Assembly: GCF_964204645.1 (NCBI RefSeq)
Contig: NC_134029.1
Location: 18,842,950-18,906,949, forward strand
Source: Tubulanus polymorphus
Taxonomy: Eukaryota; Animalia; Nemertea
Direction: 5' to 3'
Length of the DNA: 64,000 bases
A model generated the notes under the pieces. It saw only the letters and a list, made by a program, of their open reading frames with translations, had not been told where the DNA came from and did no database searches. The translations under genes and the position numbers were made by a program. The number at the start of each line of letters is the position of its first letter. Positions within the stretch are counted from its first letter, which is position 1. Below, piece after piece: positions 1 to 12,754 of this stretch.

Positions 1-109
1 GCGATTTGAAGCTCAAATAATCATATATTTCCAGTATTCCGATGCAGGTTCTAACAAAATCATTGCAAGCCAAGCGAATATTGACCGTAAGAAAATGAAA
101 GCGACTTAC

Positions 110-118
110 ATTGGCCGA
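110..118 (-). CDS. Candidate 9-nt microexon (Ser-Ala-Asn) of the minus-strand gene
   Basis: Reverse strand reads ...gattttatcttttatag|TCGGCCAAT|gtaagt: long pyrimidine-rich acceptor, consensus donor, frame-preserving and stop-free. Confidence 0.55.
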
Positions 119-870
119 CTATAAAAGATAAAATCATTCATGGTAAACAAATAAAAAACCGATAAACAAACACATTGTTAACATTAGAAAAGCAGCAGTA
201 ATGCGATTCACACTAAAAATGAAAGAGCAATTTCCTCACTAATCATGTACATATGTTCAGAGGAAATATGTAACTCATTGAGTATGGTGCTTTTCCGTTA
301 TTGTAAATAAACAGTTTATTCTAGATTTTAAAAAGAACTAAGGCTAAAAAAGGCTGATACCATGTTTCTCCTAATCATCTGGGTCGTTTCGTAAAGTGCA
401 ATACAATTTGTAATCCAGTTCATTTCTAAGTAACGCACGGGTAGGTAGGCGGACCAGCAGAAATGAGAAACAAGGTGTTAACTTTTCTAGCCTAATATGT
501 ATTAGTCATTTTAGCTAAAAGCGGCAATATCTGTATGAAAAAAAAATTGGCAATCCACGAATAGAATAAGCTTCCCCCTGTAACAGTATCCGCGTGGAAA
601 TTCCGCATAAAATCTTTATGCGCTCATCAGTTTAATTCCGCTATAACATCATCGGTCGACAAAGCGAAAGTTGAGGAGCAAACCATATCCTTTTTAACAG
701 ATCATGATATATTGATACAGACAGTTTACAGCCGTTCGGACGGATGTTTCGCATTCACAACGAAGATCAAAAGATATTTTTTCCTCAGGGGATGAAATCG
801 AATAATTCAGCAAAATCTAGAGTAGGTGACCCGTGGACCCGCCACACGTGATTAGCAGCCGGCTACTTAC

Positions 871-986
871 TGTCGGTGTTTTGGGAATGATCGGAATTCG
901 TTTTTGGTGATCGACGGACGCCGCGTCGTCGTCGCCATCTAGCGGGTTACCTCCGTCGCTTAAACTCTCGCAGCTATCCAATACAC
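871..986 (-). CDS. Second coding exon of the minus-strand gene (GVLDSCESLSDGGNPLDGDDDAASVDHQKRIPIIPKTPT)
   Basis: Acceptor attttctag|, donor ACA|gtaagt; 116 nt, phase 1 in and phase 0 out; stop-free in the frame inherited from the 4695 exon; GC-rich relative to flanking intron. Confidence 0.8.
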
Positions 987-1795
987 CTAGAAAATATACG
1001 ATAATAACAAATATCTTTAGCTGATCGAAGAGATCGAGTAGGCTGGTACAATGATATTAGTTCTATGGCGCAATACACTTATCCTCATTGCCTCACTCCA
1101 CCAGTAAATGGGTACCTGTCCTGATAGAAGACTCCCGAGCGCCTAGTTGCTCGCCAGGGAGAAATGACTGATACATGGAATAGAGTTATAGGCTGGGGTG
1201 ATAATACCAATTTGGAGCGCATTTGAACTAGACTCTGTTTAGGATACCTGCGCTTTATAAATAACATTATCATTATTATTACTATTACTAATATTGTTTA
1301 TAAATCCTAGCTTGAATGATGAAAAAATTGAAAATCGCGAGGTTCTTTTTTGATCACAGAGCGCAGAATTCGAACTTTCCAAGAATAATTTGTTTGGACG
1401 TATGTGTATTGCCCCATCCACAGTTCCCTCTTTCATCAAAAAGTGATTCCATCTCACTAAGGGTATTTTTTTAAAATTTCTATTTCCTCCTCCGAAATGA
1501 AATTTTAATAGGTCTACCCCGTAAACCGAGCTATCAAAAAGAGGCCTAAAGACTGAAAACCATGAGTATCTCGTATTAGTAAAAAAACAACTACGTACAC
1601 GCAATGCAATGTAAACTGCTGAAAAATGGGAACAAAAACATTGAAGCGTTAACGAGAATCCTACGATAATATAAATTGACAGAGAATCATCATTGGCAAT
1701 GACTCAGCAAAAACATGATGCACAGGCCTAAAGTATCCGTATATACCTGCAACTCAGTTTCCATAACTAGTACGTCTACATTTTCAATTTGATAC

Positions 1796-1813
1796 GGGGG
1801 GGGGGGGGGGGGG
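1796..1813. repeat. Poly-G tract
   Basis: About 18 consecutive G. Confidence 0.9.
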
Positions 1814-1874
1814 CAAGAAATAACAATCGATGAAATACTACATCCGTGTTGTGATGATAACATATACAGGCCTA

Positions 1875-2051
1875 TGGTGGAACCTCGTTAATACAAATCT
1901 TGTGTGGGCAAAAGTGAAATCATCGTATTCGAAGGGTTTCATATTCTATCCAAATCTTGATTCATACAAATATGTTAGCCGGGGCATGCTCGAAAAAATT
2001 GTAATCAACGGGTTTCGTCTTTGGCAGAGTGTTTTTAACGAGGTTTAACTG
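1875..2051. mobile_element. pogo/Tigger-like MITE, degenerate
   Basis: ta|tggtggaacctcgtta ... taacgaggtttaactg|ta. Confidence 0.7.
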
Positions 2052-2183
2052 TAAGCCATAAACCTGAACGTCCAATCAATAAACCATTAGCTCAAAGGAG
2101 ACATTATGGACATCATTTTATTCTTCATTAGTGTTTGATTCTATGGGCCAGAAAGGTTTCAAATTTTCATCTGATGTAGCTAT

Positions 2184-2456
2184 AGCCAAGATCACACAAG
2201 CATTTTTGGCCATGGCCAAATTTGGCCCTGAACAACTGTTCGACTGTTCACACGGGTGCCCAATGGAACCGAGTCTGTTTGGCCCGGGCCAAATTTGGCC
2301 TGACCAAAAACATCGGACCAGGCCCGAGCCAAATTTTAGCACCAGACAAATGATTGCTTTTGAACACGCTCTCTAATTAGGCACGGGCCAAGTTTCGCGT
2401 GAGCCTGATCCGCGCCAATTTGGCCAAGGCCAAATCATCTCCGTGTGATGGCTGCT
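2184..2456. mobile_element. MITE family A copy (reverse orientation)
   Basis: Reverse-complement match to 57327-57652 with degenerate TIRs. Confidence 0.8.
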
Positions 2457-3714
2457 AATATGTATGACATACGGTTCACTTCCTGCCGAAAAGGAGCAAG
2501 GATAGTGACCAAAAGGATAAATACGTGTACTGAAATATTGGAATGTTAAATAAATATCGCATATACGTGGATGAAAAAATTAAATTGACTTGTACTATTG
2601 ATAGCCCACAATAAAGCATCAACTTAAAACGTTTATTCATCCATAAACCAGAGTCTAAAGATAATGATAAACTCTCCTCGTTCTCACAGTTTTACAGGAA
2701 TCAACTCATCAGTTCACGGCGTAATCCTCTAGTAAAGCACGATAAAAAGCATATCATAAACAAACGAAAAAATACAACACTCTCCTACTTGTTTACTTGA
2801 ACAGTTTGTCATGGATACAATGATATCAGGGACGGATTTAGGAGCCGGTCTCGGCAGTCTACGCCTGCTGTCCCCATGAGGTTGCCCTTTTCATCAAAAC
2901 AGAGATCGTTCAAAACTTGTAAATTTGACACTCATCCTCGCGAAAATTGTCGCATGTATATCCTCCAAAAATATCTAACGCCGAGGATGGGACTCCGCTA
3001 ATAGCCTATGACGCCCCGCTTTATCTGAAAAAATGCGTCGAGTCATTCCTTCCGGATCCCCGCTTTCCAATTTTGCCTAAACTCGGCCCTGCAATACGTG
3101 CAAAAATTTCGAACAGTTTTTAGCGACTAACCTCTGGCGACGAGTTTCATCGCGTGAAACGAGATGAATTTCGTTACAACATTCATGCAACTGAACTCCG
3201 ACGCTATTGTTCATTCGTCTAAACCTGCGGCGGACGGTTAACTCACTACTGACAACACGTTCCGAATAAACTTCCTCAATTATCTGTGCGCATGTATTAT
3301 CTATCTGTATCGAGTAGGAAAGCGCCTTTTCTATGCTGGTGGGTCATTATTTCACAATACCGTTGTCGACCGAACCTGTGTTTTCATTGAGCGTAAAAAA
3401 GTAATCCAAACGAATTACTGTGCACAAAAAACATGTTGATGCGGTGGTGGGGGCTGCATAATATCACTTCGTTTCTTCAATGCGCCTAAAACCGGCTTGC
3501 AATTTAACTTTCGAACCTCTTTACCCGGACCTTATATTTTGGTTATGAATAGGCCTATAACCTTGAGCTGAAATGTGATGCTTTTGCGTTGCATTTTCTA
3601 CGGACCAAATGAAACTGAAACAGTCCACGGATAGCAAATTCCGTGGACCATTGAGCACAAATTTGTAATTCAGACCAAGCACAAGATGTGCTGGGACCCT
3701 ATCTGTGAAACTAT

Positions 3715-3975
3715 AGCCGTGATCACATGGAGATGATTTGGCCCAGACCAGGCCCGAGTCAAATCTGGCGCGTGTCTAATTATAAAGCGCGTTCACACGT
3801 AAACCACTCACTCGTTACTAAAACAATGCATAAACAAAGCGAAGTGAGTCATTTCTTGTACCAGTTGCAATTCAAATGCAATCATTTTTCCCAATAAAAT
3901 TTGGCTCAGACCTGGTCCAACGTTTTTGGTCCAGTCAAACAGGCAACTGTGTGAATGGTTGACCTGGGTCAAAAA
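3715..3975. mobile_element. MITE family A copy (truncated)
   Basis: Starts agccgtgatcacatgg; shares the internal aaacaaagcgaagtg...gttgcaattcaaatgcaatc block. Confidence 0.8.
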
Positions 3976-4694
3976 CTCTTATAGGACTTGAGACCCAAGT
4001 GGGCTTAAAATAAATGGAGCACATCTTTTTTGTCAAGCATGAGTCCTTACTTATTCTCTCGGATACCAGGACCATACTATCATCTGGACAATTCATGTTT
4101 CAAAATGTGCTAGTAAACACACGGGACAATCAACTTAGAGGACATCTACCCGAGAAAAAACTACAATTAACTTTCAGACCAGTTACATGTGGAAACGACC
4201 AAAAAACTATGAAAATGGAATAAATGATTTTCAACCTTGTAATGTAGGCCTAGATATTTTACGAAATCTTGATGTATTACATTTTTGCAGCCAACAGAAT
4301 TAACCCCAATCAGTCACTTGTTGGTTCATACTGGTTGGAAGATTGTTTGAATGAACCAAAACCTAAATTTCAGACCGCCAATCACACAACCAGGCTATAT
4401 CTGTACTTTGATGGGAGGAGCTCGCAAAAAATAAATCCTGTATCCCAGCTCATGGAAGAGAAGAGCTAGAAAATTTTAAAAATTAGGGCCCTCAGATGCA
4501 TTCTGATAGCATTTCTGAGACGATTATTCGAGCAGATACTGGTCGCACACACTGCTCGAACAGTTTTTTTAACACTTTAGCTAGAAAGAGGTAGGTCCAA
4601 TTTTTTTTGGGTGTCCCGCGTGCTCCCCCTAAATCCGAAAAAAAGGAATTATTACTTTATAGCATTAATGATACATGCGGTATTAAGCACTTAC

Positions 4695-5838
4695 CTGTTG
4701 AATTATCGTCGTCATCCGTGTAATCCAATCCGCCGCCAAACAAACAGGGAACCGCTGGAGCAGGCCGATGCGGAGTGACGAACTTGGCAGCGAGCACCTT
4801 GAGTGGATCGGAATCCGTTCTTTCCATGTCGTAATATGACTCCTCCTGATCATCCTCGGGGTTAGTGACGACAGACGTCGACATCGACTGCGCCGAGCTC
4901 TTCGAAACGCTGCTTTCTTTCAATAGTTTTTCGAACGAATCGTCGAGCGTAGTTTCGTCCTGCGCCTGCCGCGCCGCTAGAGGATCGAAATTTCTTATCA
5001 CGCTCTCCGCGGAGTGACACAGCGGCGGCCGCGACGAGCCGGGCTCGACGACTGGCTGGTTCGGCGGCGAATCGGAGACTTTTCTCGGCGGAACAGGCGG
5101 GGGCGCTTCGTCGCCAGCAGCCGGTAACGGCGGCGGAGGGAACGAGGGCGGGGGCGTGTCGTAGAGGTTGTCAACGATCGCGATGTTCTGCGGCACGAAC
5201 GACTCGCGCGGCGGTTTCGGCGGACCGGGTATGAACGTCGACATCGACGTCGCGTTCGGATTTACCGTCGGCGAAAACCAAATCGGTTCGTATTCGTTGC
5301 TGCTCACCGAATCTTTATGCGTCGTTACAATCGTAGGCGGCTCGTCGTCGCGAGCTTCGGCTGGATTTTCGACGTTTTCGTTTTCAGCTTTCGAATCGGT
5401 GTCAATCGCATCCGAACGTTTCGAATAGTCGGGAATGTTAGAATTCGTATCGACGATAGCCACTTCCGTCGTTTCCCGTTGAATATCGACCTCTTCGGGT
5501 TTCGGGTCGACGATGATATCGCACGAATCCGTAGAACTTTCATCTTCCGTAGCGCCGCAAAGAGCGATTGTATTACCGGGCGGGTGATCGTCCTTAGGAG
5601 GACGAGGTCTAGGTCTAGGTCGAGGCGACGGTTTAGGCTTCGGAGGCGCTGCATCGATTGAAGCTTCGGACTCTGGTTTATTCGGCATGTCGGGTTTTTT
5701 ACGCGGTTTCCGAGGTTTCGGCGTAGGTTTTACGGATGCGTCTGCTGCGTACGAATTTCTGCCTAAAACTCGGTCATCGTCGTGTTGCCGTCCGATGTGC
5801 GATTTAGGAGGCAGGGACGGCGGAGCCTGATCGTCCAT
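4695..5838 (-). CDS. First coding exon of a minus-strand gene; proline-rich disordered N-terminus (possibly ARAP/RhoGAP15B-like signalling protein)
   Basis: Long GC-rich ORF MDDQAPPSLPPK... with PxxP/PxPxPR motifs and Tyr motifs (NEYEPI, NLYDTP, SYYDME). Acceptor tttcag before 5865, ATG at 5838, phase-1 donor CAG|gtaagt after 4695. The family assignment is a low-confidence guess from composition only. Confidence 0.85.
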
Positions 5839-6094
5839 GACTTCACGCTCTCGTGTTATTTACACCTGAAATAGTAAAGCACGGACGATCAATGAGCAGA
5901 ATCAACAAATAGAGTAATGCAATGTTAGTATATATTGTAAGTATGCAATGGACAGACTACTTGCAGGCCCGTAGCCAAGGCCCTCCAGGGGGTGGCGTGA
6001 TACAAACTACAAGCGGACCTAAAACCCACGTCAGTAAAGCCAAGCGACGAAGGCTCGAAGTTTTGATGCTCTTTGACATTAGAGGATAGAATAT

Positions 6095-6177
6095 CATCTT
6101 CCATCGGCAGGGATTCGAACCTGCTGGCATTGGGACTGTCATCGCATTATGAAACCCTGCCTGACTAGCCCACATGT
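6095..6177 (-). mobile_element. tRNA-derived SINE head (pol III A and B boxes)
   Basis: Reverse strand: TGGGCTAGTCAGG (A-box-like) ... GGTTCGAATCCC (B box); no clean cloverleaf. Confidence 0.5.
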
Positions 6178-9146
6178 GCTGGGTTTTTCCATTTATAGTT
6201 TATCCGAGAAATTTGCCTCAGCGATAAGCCTATACAATAGGCGATCTGATTGGCGCCGTAAGTTTTTGTGCGGCAAACCTGCGCAAGTACCTGCACCTTA
6301 GGCTAGTGAGGATAATAGAATATTAGCATGTACAATTCATAATATCAGTTGAATTTTAGGGCTACCCTAACTATCATATAGAATATAGACCTACCGGTAG
6401 TTGCCTGCATAGCATATTATTAACACCCTTATCAACGTTATCCTGTCTTTTTTTATCGCCAAAAGGAAATAGCAATAATGATTTACGCCTGATGATGGAT
6501 ACATATGATATATTGCAATGATTCTACTGGTGCAAAGAGATAGAATATATCAGATACACAGTGAGCAAGTACATTCATCATCTCATAAATCATATCCAAA
6601 CCAGCTCCGAAAATATTACATCATATATTCATATCGTATCCTGGAATTACCGGTATATTGTTATTCTACTACCCAATAAATAACAGATACAATATAAAAA
6701 GATATAATATATACATACATTATACATCTATTCACTGATTTATCGCGATGACACATAAACTAAATATATCTATTACATAGAGTAATATCCGGCCAATTTC
6801 GTATACATTGCATACAATCTGTCTTGAGACAGATTAAGAAAATTGCAAGCATTCCCAGATTCCATAACACTTTGAAGCCTGAAACTTGAATATAAAAGTC
6901 AAATCCAATATATCCGATCCCCCATAAACCGCCACCCCAGAACAATGCAAAGTTTTTTCTAAGAAAATTAAAATCTATATTCAGGTGCCAATTCAGATGT
7001 ACTTGTGAGACTTGTACAAGTCCATCAAATTCTCTTTTGTCAACAAACATAATTGGTGCATTTCAGTACGGTAGTGCCCCTAATATTGCCTTTGTGGACA
7101 TTGAAGTGTCCTTTTTGGACGAGACTTGCTCTTCAAGACTGGCCCCTCAGTGCGGGAGTACACATGAAATTGCCTTTGTGAATATCAATATGACAAGTCC
7201 ATCAAAATTTGCCTCTGGATCCGCCCCTGATATTTAGAGCTCGAAAGGGGACCAAAAATTTCACTTGTACTTATCTAGAATAACATCAATCTATACATTA
7301 ATTTAGATAAAACCAGTTTAGATAACGCCTAGTTCATTACCAATGTTAAACGCTAAATTACCTAGAGAACTGTTGCATTGAGTCCACAAAATGAATTTCC
7401 ACTGCACCAATACAAGTACGGTATTCACAACAAAAATCTATGTAGCCTACATACAAGTAATTGTGAAAAGAAGACGCATTACCTTACAGCTTTTATCAGA
7501 GAATAAGCCCTTATCAATGATAGGGATACCCGGTACATACAATTATTCTTATGACCCAAAATGCAAAGACACTCATGACCTTTAGTCCATAGAACTTGGC
7601 AGGGTAAGGAAATAAACATTATTGCCTGATAAGCAATAATTTCAAAGCGTAGAAGTCATAGAGGGTATTGAATGAAACAAATTCTTCACATACAACAATA
7701 TCTCTTAGCCAACATAAAAATATTTTGTGGGTAAACCTTCATCCAAATCCAATACAATATTTTGACCATACTCGGCTTTGGACATAGCCTGTATTTACAT
7801 GTACCGTATATGCATATATCTTTAAGCATATAGCCAGCATAGATACAATATTCCTAAACAACTGTTATATCACTAACTTCAAGCATATTTCAAATCATGC
7901 CTTATATCACTTTCAATCAAATTCTGGATTTCTCACGAAATATTTCATGAAATTGCAACCCCTATATTTTCATCGATCAACCAGAATATATTCCCATCGA
8001 AATCCATAATGCAAACTCAACTAACCGACCCAAAGTGCCATGTACTCTGGCGTATAATATAATAATCATTTTCCATTACAAAATACGGTTATTTTCACAA
8101 TTCGGAATAACTAAGAGATATTAAACGAGGGATCCAGTGCAAGCCTTTCAGGGCTATACTTATAGACAACAGGAATTGACCTACGTGCACTGCGTGCCTA
8201 TCAACCTTGGTAATTGGGTAGTTCAGGGTTACTGATGGTCAGTGAACAATAGATAGGCCTAGATCAACTGATTACAAACGAAATGAAGGACCAAATGTCA
8301 CACTCTGAGGTAGTGTGATCAGACAGTAAATCATCATCTAACAAGAATTGATGTTGTATTGGTAAAATAATAAAAATAAGCTTAATAGGCCTAGATTATT
8401 TTGATACCAGCTCCAATAAAGCCTTTAGACCAAGTTCAACATTTCTCCGTTACTTTCGAGCCCAATTAGAATTTACATGTGAAAATGACAAACAAAAAAT
8501 AATAGTGGACAATGCGATCTTTAGCCTTTTGTCTGAGCAGTTTTTATTGCCACCAACTGGATCCAGTCTCACAAAAAAGGTTTAACTCAAATTTTTGGTT
8601 AAGGCCTAATTGCTATTGTTAACTTCATGTTCAAACTTTTACACTTTTGGCAGGTGATAGAGTTCGCTGAGGCAGTCACGCATGCGCAGTGTAAATTAGC
8701 CAATCAGAGATGAGTTATCAGCAAAATGGCGTTAACTGGAATAATGCCGCTTAGGCAAAATATCAACTTCCTATACACTTTTTCATGAAACTGACCTCTG
8801 GCCTGTTCTCACTAGACAGAGGGATGCTATCTCTAATGGTACAGTCCAGGTGGTGCTCTGTTTTAATCGCATTGCTTTCTTACATTTACACAGATATGAG
8901 TCAGTGACACTTATTGAAACATAGAACTCTCAATTGACGATTACCGAAAGGCACTACGCTAACAAATACTTCATCAACTTCAAATCATTTTACGAAAGAC
9001 CAATGCTGTTCATGCGTCGTAAATACTGATTAGCCTACTTTTCCTTGCCAGGAACAAACTGGCTCCGGTTACAGGAATCTGCACTATATCTACATGCTGG
9101 GTTAGGTGAGGCTATATATAAATTAACTCATCCAACTTCCAGGCGT

Positions 9147-9205
9147 GCGCTGTGGCTCCATGGGTAAAGCACTCTCTACTATTTTTTCGTTTGGTTTCGA
9201 ATCCC
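9147..9205 (+). mobile_element. tRNA-derived SINE head fragment
   Basis: GTGGCTCCATGGGTAAAGC (A box) ... GTTTCGAATCCC (B box). Confidence 0.5.
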
Positions 9206-9499
9206 AATATTACAAGTCAGAATTCTACTGTAGTGTATTGCACATGCGCTAACCGTACTCGCACTCCATTAACGCACTCCATGACCTGAGCCACATCAAA
9301 AAATGAAATCAACATTAACTCCTCATTTAGCTTTTCTAATAGGTACGAAAAGCCTTAAAAATTGTAAGGCTTTTTCGTACCACCTTCTCTCTACTGTTCT
9401 TCTTCGTCTCTCCCACAACATTCAACACACTACATTTGATTTGATTCATCAATTCCTACCCGTTTTTCAATACACCAGAGTTTTAACAAAACCAATCAT

Positions 9500-9920
9500 C
9501 AAATTCACAACAAACCTGGTAAATAGTGGCAATTTTATCGTAAAAGAAAGTACAAATCTACAAATCTGATCAAATGTCAAAGCTAAACACTTCCTGGTTT
9601 TGTGCGCCATCTAGTACTCAGATATTTAAAGAGGCAGCTCCGAAAATTTCACGGGGAAGTACCAAATAATCAAGAATCATTCTATACAAGTGTAAACGAT
9701 CACTTAAGTTACACTTCTATATTTAGATAAAGCAATAATTACACCACAGTAACAGAATAAGATTTGAAATAGAATATTTCAAAGGGCTAGATAAAATTAA
9801 GGATAGCTCCGAAATATTCGATAGGACTGGTTACAATACCACTAGAGGGCGCTTTAGGCTACCAATTCAATCAAACTTATTATGGTTAAGCTCGTACAAT
9901 CGTAAAATTGTTGGTAAGTA
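9500..9920. promoter_or_regulatory. Putative bidirectional promoter between the minus-strand gene and the PWWP3A-like gene
   Basis: Lies between head-to-head genes. ETS-like ACTTCCTG at ~9589, CTCF-like GCGCCATCTAGT at 9604-9615 and CCACTAGAGGGCGC at 9839-9852, plus-strand donor TTG|gtaagt after 9913, minus-strand donor candidate near 9515. Confidence 0.45.
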
Positions 9921-11708
9921 TCGTATTTTGAATTTCGTAACCTTTAACCTGGCTAACTTTAATGTTTTTAATTCCATTCGATCATTTTCATGAGTTGAAA
10001 ATCGGAGAGGTGATGGTTTCAATGCCTATCTGTCCATCACTGTGACTGTGTCGTGTGTGAGGGGAATTTTGTCTCATTCATGGGCTGACATCCCCGCCCC
10101 GGGGTTTTGGCGATGAACAGCAACGATACCCCCACATCTACACACTGTCACACAGTCAGTGACAGTATCCTTCGCTACTACAATCCAGGGCCTGATTTAA
10201 TAGACTGGTATCAACTTAACCCAGGGGTAAGCTGAATTGAAAATGAACTGAGTTAGCCCACGGTTTAAAGTTGATACCAGTTTATAAAACTGGCCCCAGA
10301 GATGTGATGGATTAAGACCACTCATTCTATTCTCTTCAACTACTATAGTCGCACAGAGAACAAAAACGACAGACAACAGGTGGACGGTAGTCCTGAAAGT
10401 GGCTGGTTCACGACGCTCTGTATAGGCCCTACTGAGAGCTCGCTTGAACCACCCACCCAGTCGTGTAGTCATTATTGTGTATGTGACAGTCAAAAGTGCC
10501 CATTGGAGCTCAGCCAGTAATTTTATTTGAATGCTCAGTACTCGGCAACATCACACCTGTTTTAAATATATAAACTAATTAACGTATAGGCCTAGGCCTA
10601 CTGACCTATGTTGTTATCTTTTTATTGCTTACCCTTTGAAGGCTATTTCTGATGTTCAAGTTGGCAAAAATTATTTTGTTTTACCCACAAAAAAAACACT
10701 TCCGCGTGAGACTCACCGGCATGAACCCAACAGTCAAAGCAGGAAAGATCAGAGGTTTTTAATGACGGTTTATTTTTAAAAATCGGCTGAGATAGGACTG
10801 AGTAATGATGATATAATTAGAGGTGAATTTAAATCTCTGCACATTTGGTTTCTGGTCTTAGTGTCTGGGGTCGTGATAGCGATATACCACTGACACTAAG
10901 GTTCTCAATGAAATATTCTACAGGCTTTGGTCTTGTACTAACGGGAGTCCTCATTACTATAAGTGTTATCGTCCGGAATTGCTGGAGAGGTCACTAGGCC
11001 CATAGGCCTTTAGTAGCGGTTGGCTGACCATAGTACGAGTAATGACATATGCCTCACCAAATTTGAACAACTGACCCCAGAATTTATTTCAGTAACACTG
11101 CAGCTACCACGGAGGTAGTCTGAATATCAGACTATCTTACAGATTGCGCCTTGGGAACAACATCTTATTATCGTAGGTGCTAGCCTAGGCCTACCCAGGG
11201 GACACAGCTTGGCTTATCACATATTTTAGGGGTCCGAAATAAAAAGCTCAATTCGAATAGAAATATTCCTGGATTCATGGGTATATTTTGAATAACTGAA
11301 TGTGGATTGTATAGTTTAGGCTGGGGCAGGCATCAGAAAAGGCCTAAGAGGCCCATTTAGATGCAATATTCTAACATTGTTACAAATCGTCTGACCAGAC
11401 TTTAGAATATAAAGTTTTCGCAGTGTGCGCCTCGCTCGGGAAAAAAACCAACGTTGTACGAGTATTTTTTGTTTCATTGTTTTGAATTAAGAAATGATGT
11501 ATGTATGTACGTCATGCCCTGTGGCTATGAGACATAGCCTAGATTCATAACAAAGAATACTGTATTGATTTTTCATTTTGCATTATGTCATTTGTCTTGC
11601 ACATCTATTTGATGGTTGCATGCAAGCGGTGATCATGCGTTGTCTGATGCTTGCTCTTAAATCTAGATATATCATGCGCAGAGGTTTGTGTCATTGGATT
11701 CTATTTGT

Positions 11709-11824
11709 GGGTCCAGTTTCATGAAAAAGTATGAATCTGAAATCTTTGTGATTTCTTTAGTTCAGTTTTGTGTTAGGCTTACCTATTTGATTTAAAGGGT
11801 TAATCTTTTTGTGAAACTGGACAC
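11709..11824. mobile_element. Harbinger-like MITE related to family D (GGGNCCAGTTTCAC TIR type)
   Basis: gggtccagtttcatgaaaa ... tttttgtgaaactggacac; relatives at 8559-8797, 10187-10298 and ~26488. Confidence 0.6.
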
Positions 11825-12004
11825 TGAAGGTGTTTCATGTATACAAGGTATCGCGATTTAGTGTAGGCCTATAAAGGGATGTTTTGTTGGTTAAAGTTTT
11901 AGGGAATTAATCCAGAGGGAAGGAAATATTGAGCTTTTATTTTAAGCCGGAAAATATTTTATCAATTCTCTGTGTAGTAGGCCTAAGTAGTGAATTATCA
12001 GTGA

Positions 12005-12416
12005 CAGGGTCCCTACAACTCCTTGAATCCTTGAAAACTCCTTGATTTTTGAAAATATTTTTCAAGGTCCTTGAAAATCCTTTAATTTTGAGAAATATCC
12101 ATAAACTCCTTGAAACTCCTTAAATTCTGGGAAAGTCCTATTAAAGGTTTTCAAAAGGTCCTTTTCAGAAGACAGTGTATTCTATTATTCTTCACTGTGT
12201 GACTTGTGAATGAAAGTTGTTTCACTTTGAGATTCAGACATGTAAAACCAAAACGGCACACACAACAACTGATCAAAATTTGAGAAAAACAGGGATTTTG
12301 TTTTTCAATTTTCGACTTTTTTTCCTTATATATGACCGCGGAATCCTCCTTGAATTTTCAAAATTACTCCTTTAAAAGTCCTTGAATTCTGGATACCAGG
12401 AATTGTAGGAACCTTG
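12005..12416. mobile_element. Non-autonomous hAT5-like DNA transposon with 5-bp TSD
   Basis: agtga|CAGGGTCCCTACAA ... TTGTAGGAACCTTG|agtga; subterminal CCTTGAA repeats. Confidence 0.8.
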
Positions 12417-12688
12417 AGTGATATCTATTGCCCAAATACCATACAGTGTGGAAAAGATGAGTCTTATATCTATTCAATGTCAATGATTTGTTTGATAATA
12501 TTCAGGTTCATAAGTCTAAAAATACATATTTCATGGAAAAATTGATATTTCATGGAAAATGTATTTTCATATCTTTTTTGTGAGTTATTGTGCCATCTAG
12601 TATTAGTTATTGATAAAAAAAGTGGTTTTTTTTACAAGATTTTTTGCTTAAGTGCACTGCAAACCGTTGACTATTCCTTTTTTCAGGT

Positions 12689-12754
12689 ATGGATGTCTAT
12701 AAGGAAGGCGATCCAGTCTGGTTTAAGCAGAATGGACTGTGGTGGGTCGGAAGG
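12689..12754 (+). CDS. PWWP3A: PWWP3A-like exon 1 (MDVYKEGDPVWFKQNGLWWVGR), N-terminal PWWP-like domain
   Basis: Acceptor tttttcag before 12687, ATG at 12689, donor AGG|gtaaga, phase 0. Confidence 0.8.

Noticed and set aside
585-645. Reverse-strand CTGATGA followed by a perfect hairpin (CGCATAAA/TTTATGCG), resembling a hammerhead
   Set aside because: It lacks the C-GAAA box (reads GGAAT) and has no proper stem III or cleavage triplet; treated as a simple palindrome.
930-946. CTCF-like motif CCGCTAGATGGCG
   Set aside because: It falls inside the coding exon 871-986 (codons P-L-D-G) and is explained by coding sequence.
1085-1604. ORFs of 62 and 121 aa in an intron of the minus-strand gene
   Set aside because: No recognisable protein features; the sequence resembles non-coding transposon-internal DNA.
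5168-5661. Overlapping ORFs 5168..5428, 5317..5661 and 5325..5654
   Set aside because: Shadow frames of the GC-rich proline-rich exon.
6095-9205. tRNA genes at ~6100-6177 and ~9147-9205
   Set aside because: A and B boxes are present but no cloverleaf or acceptor stem could be formed; called SINE heads instead.
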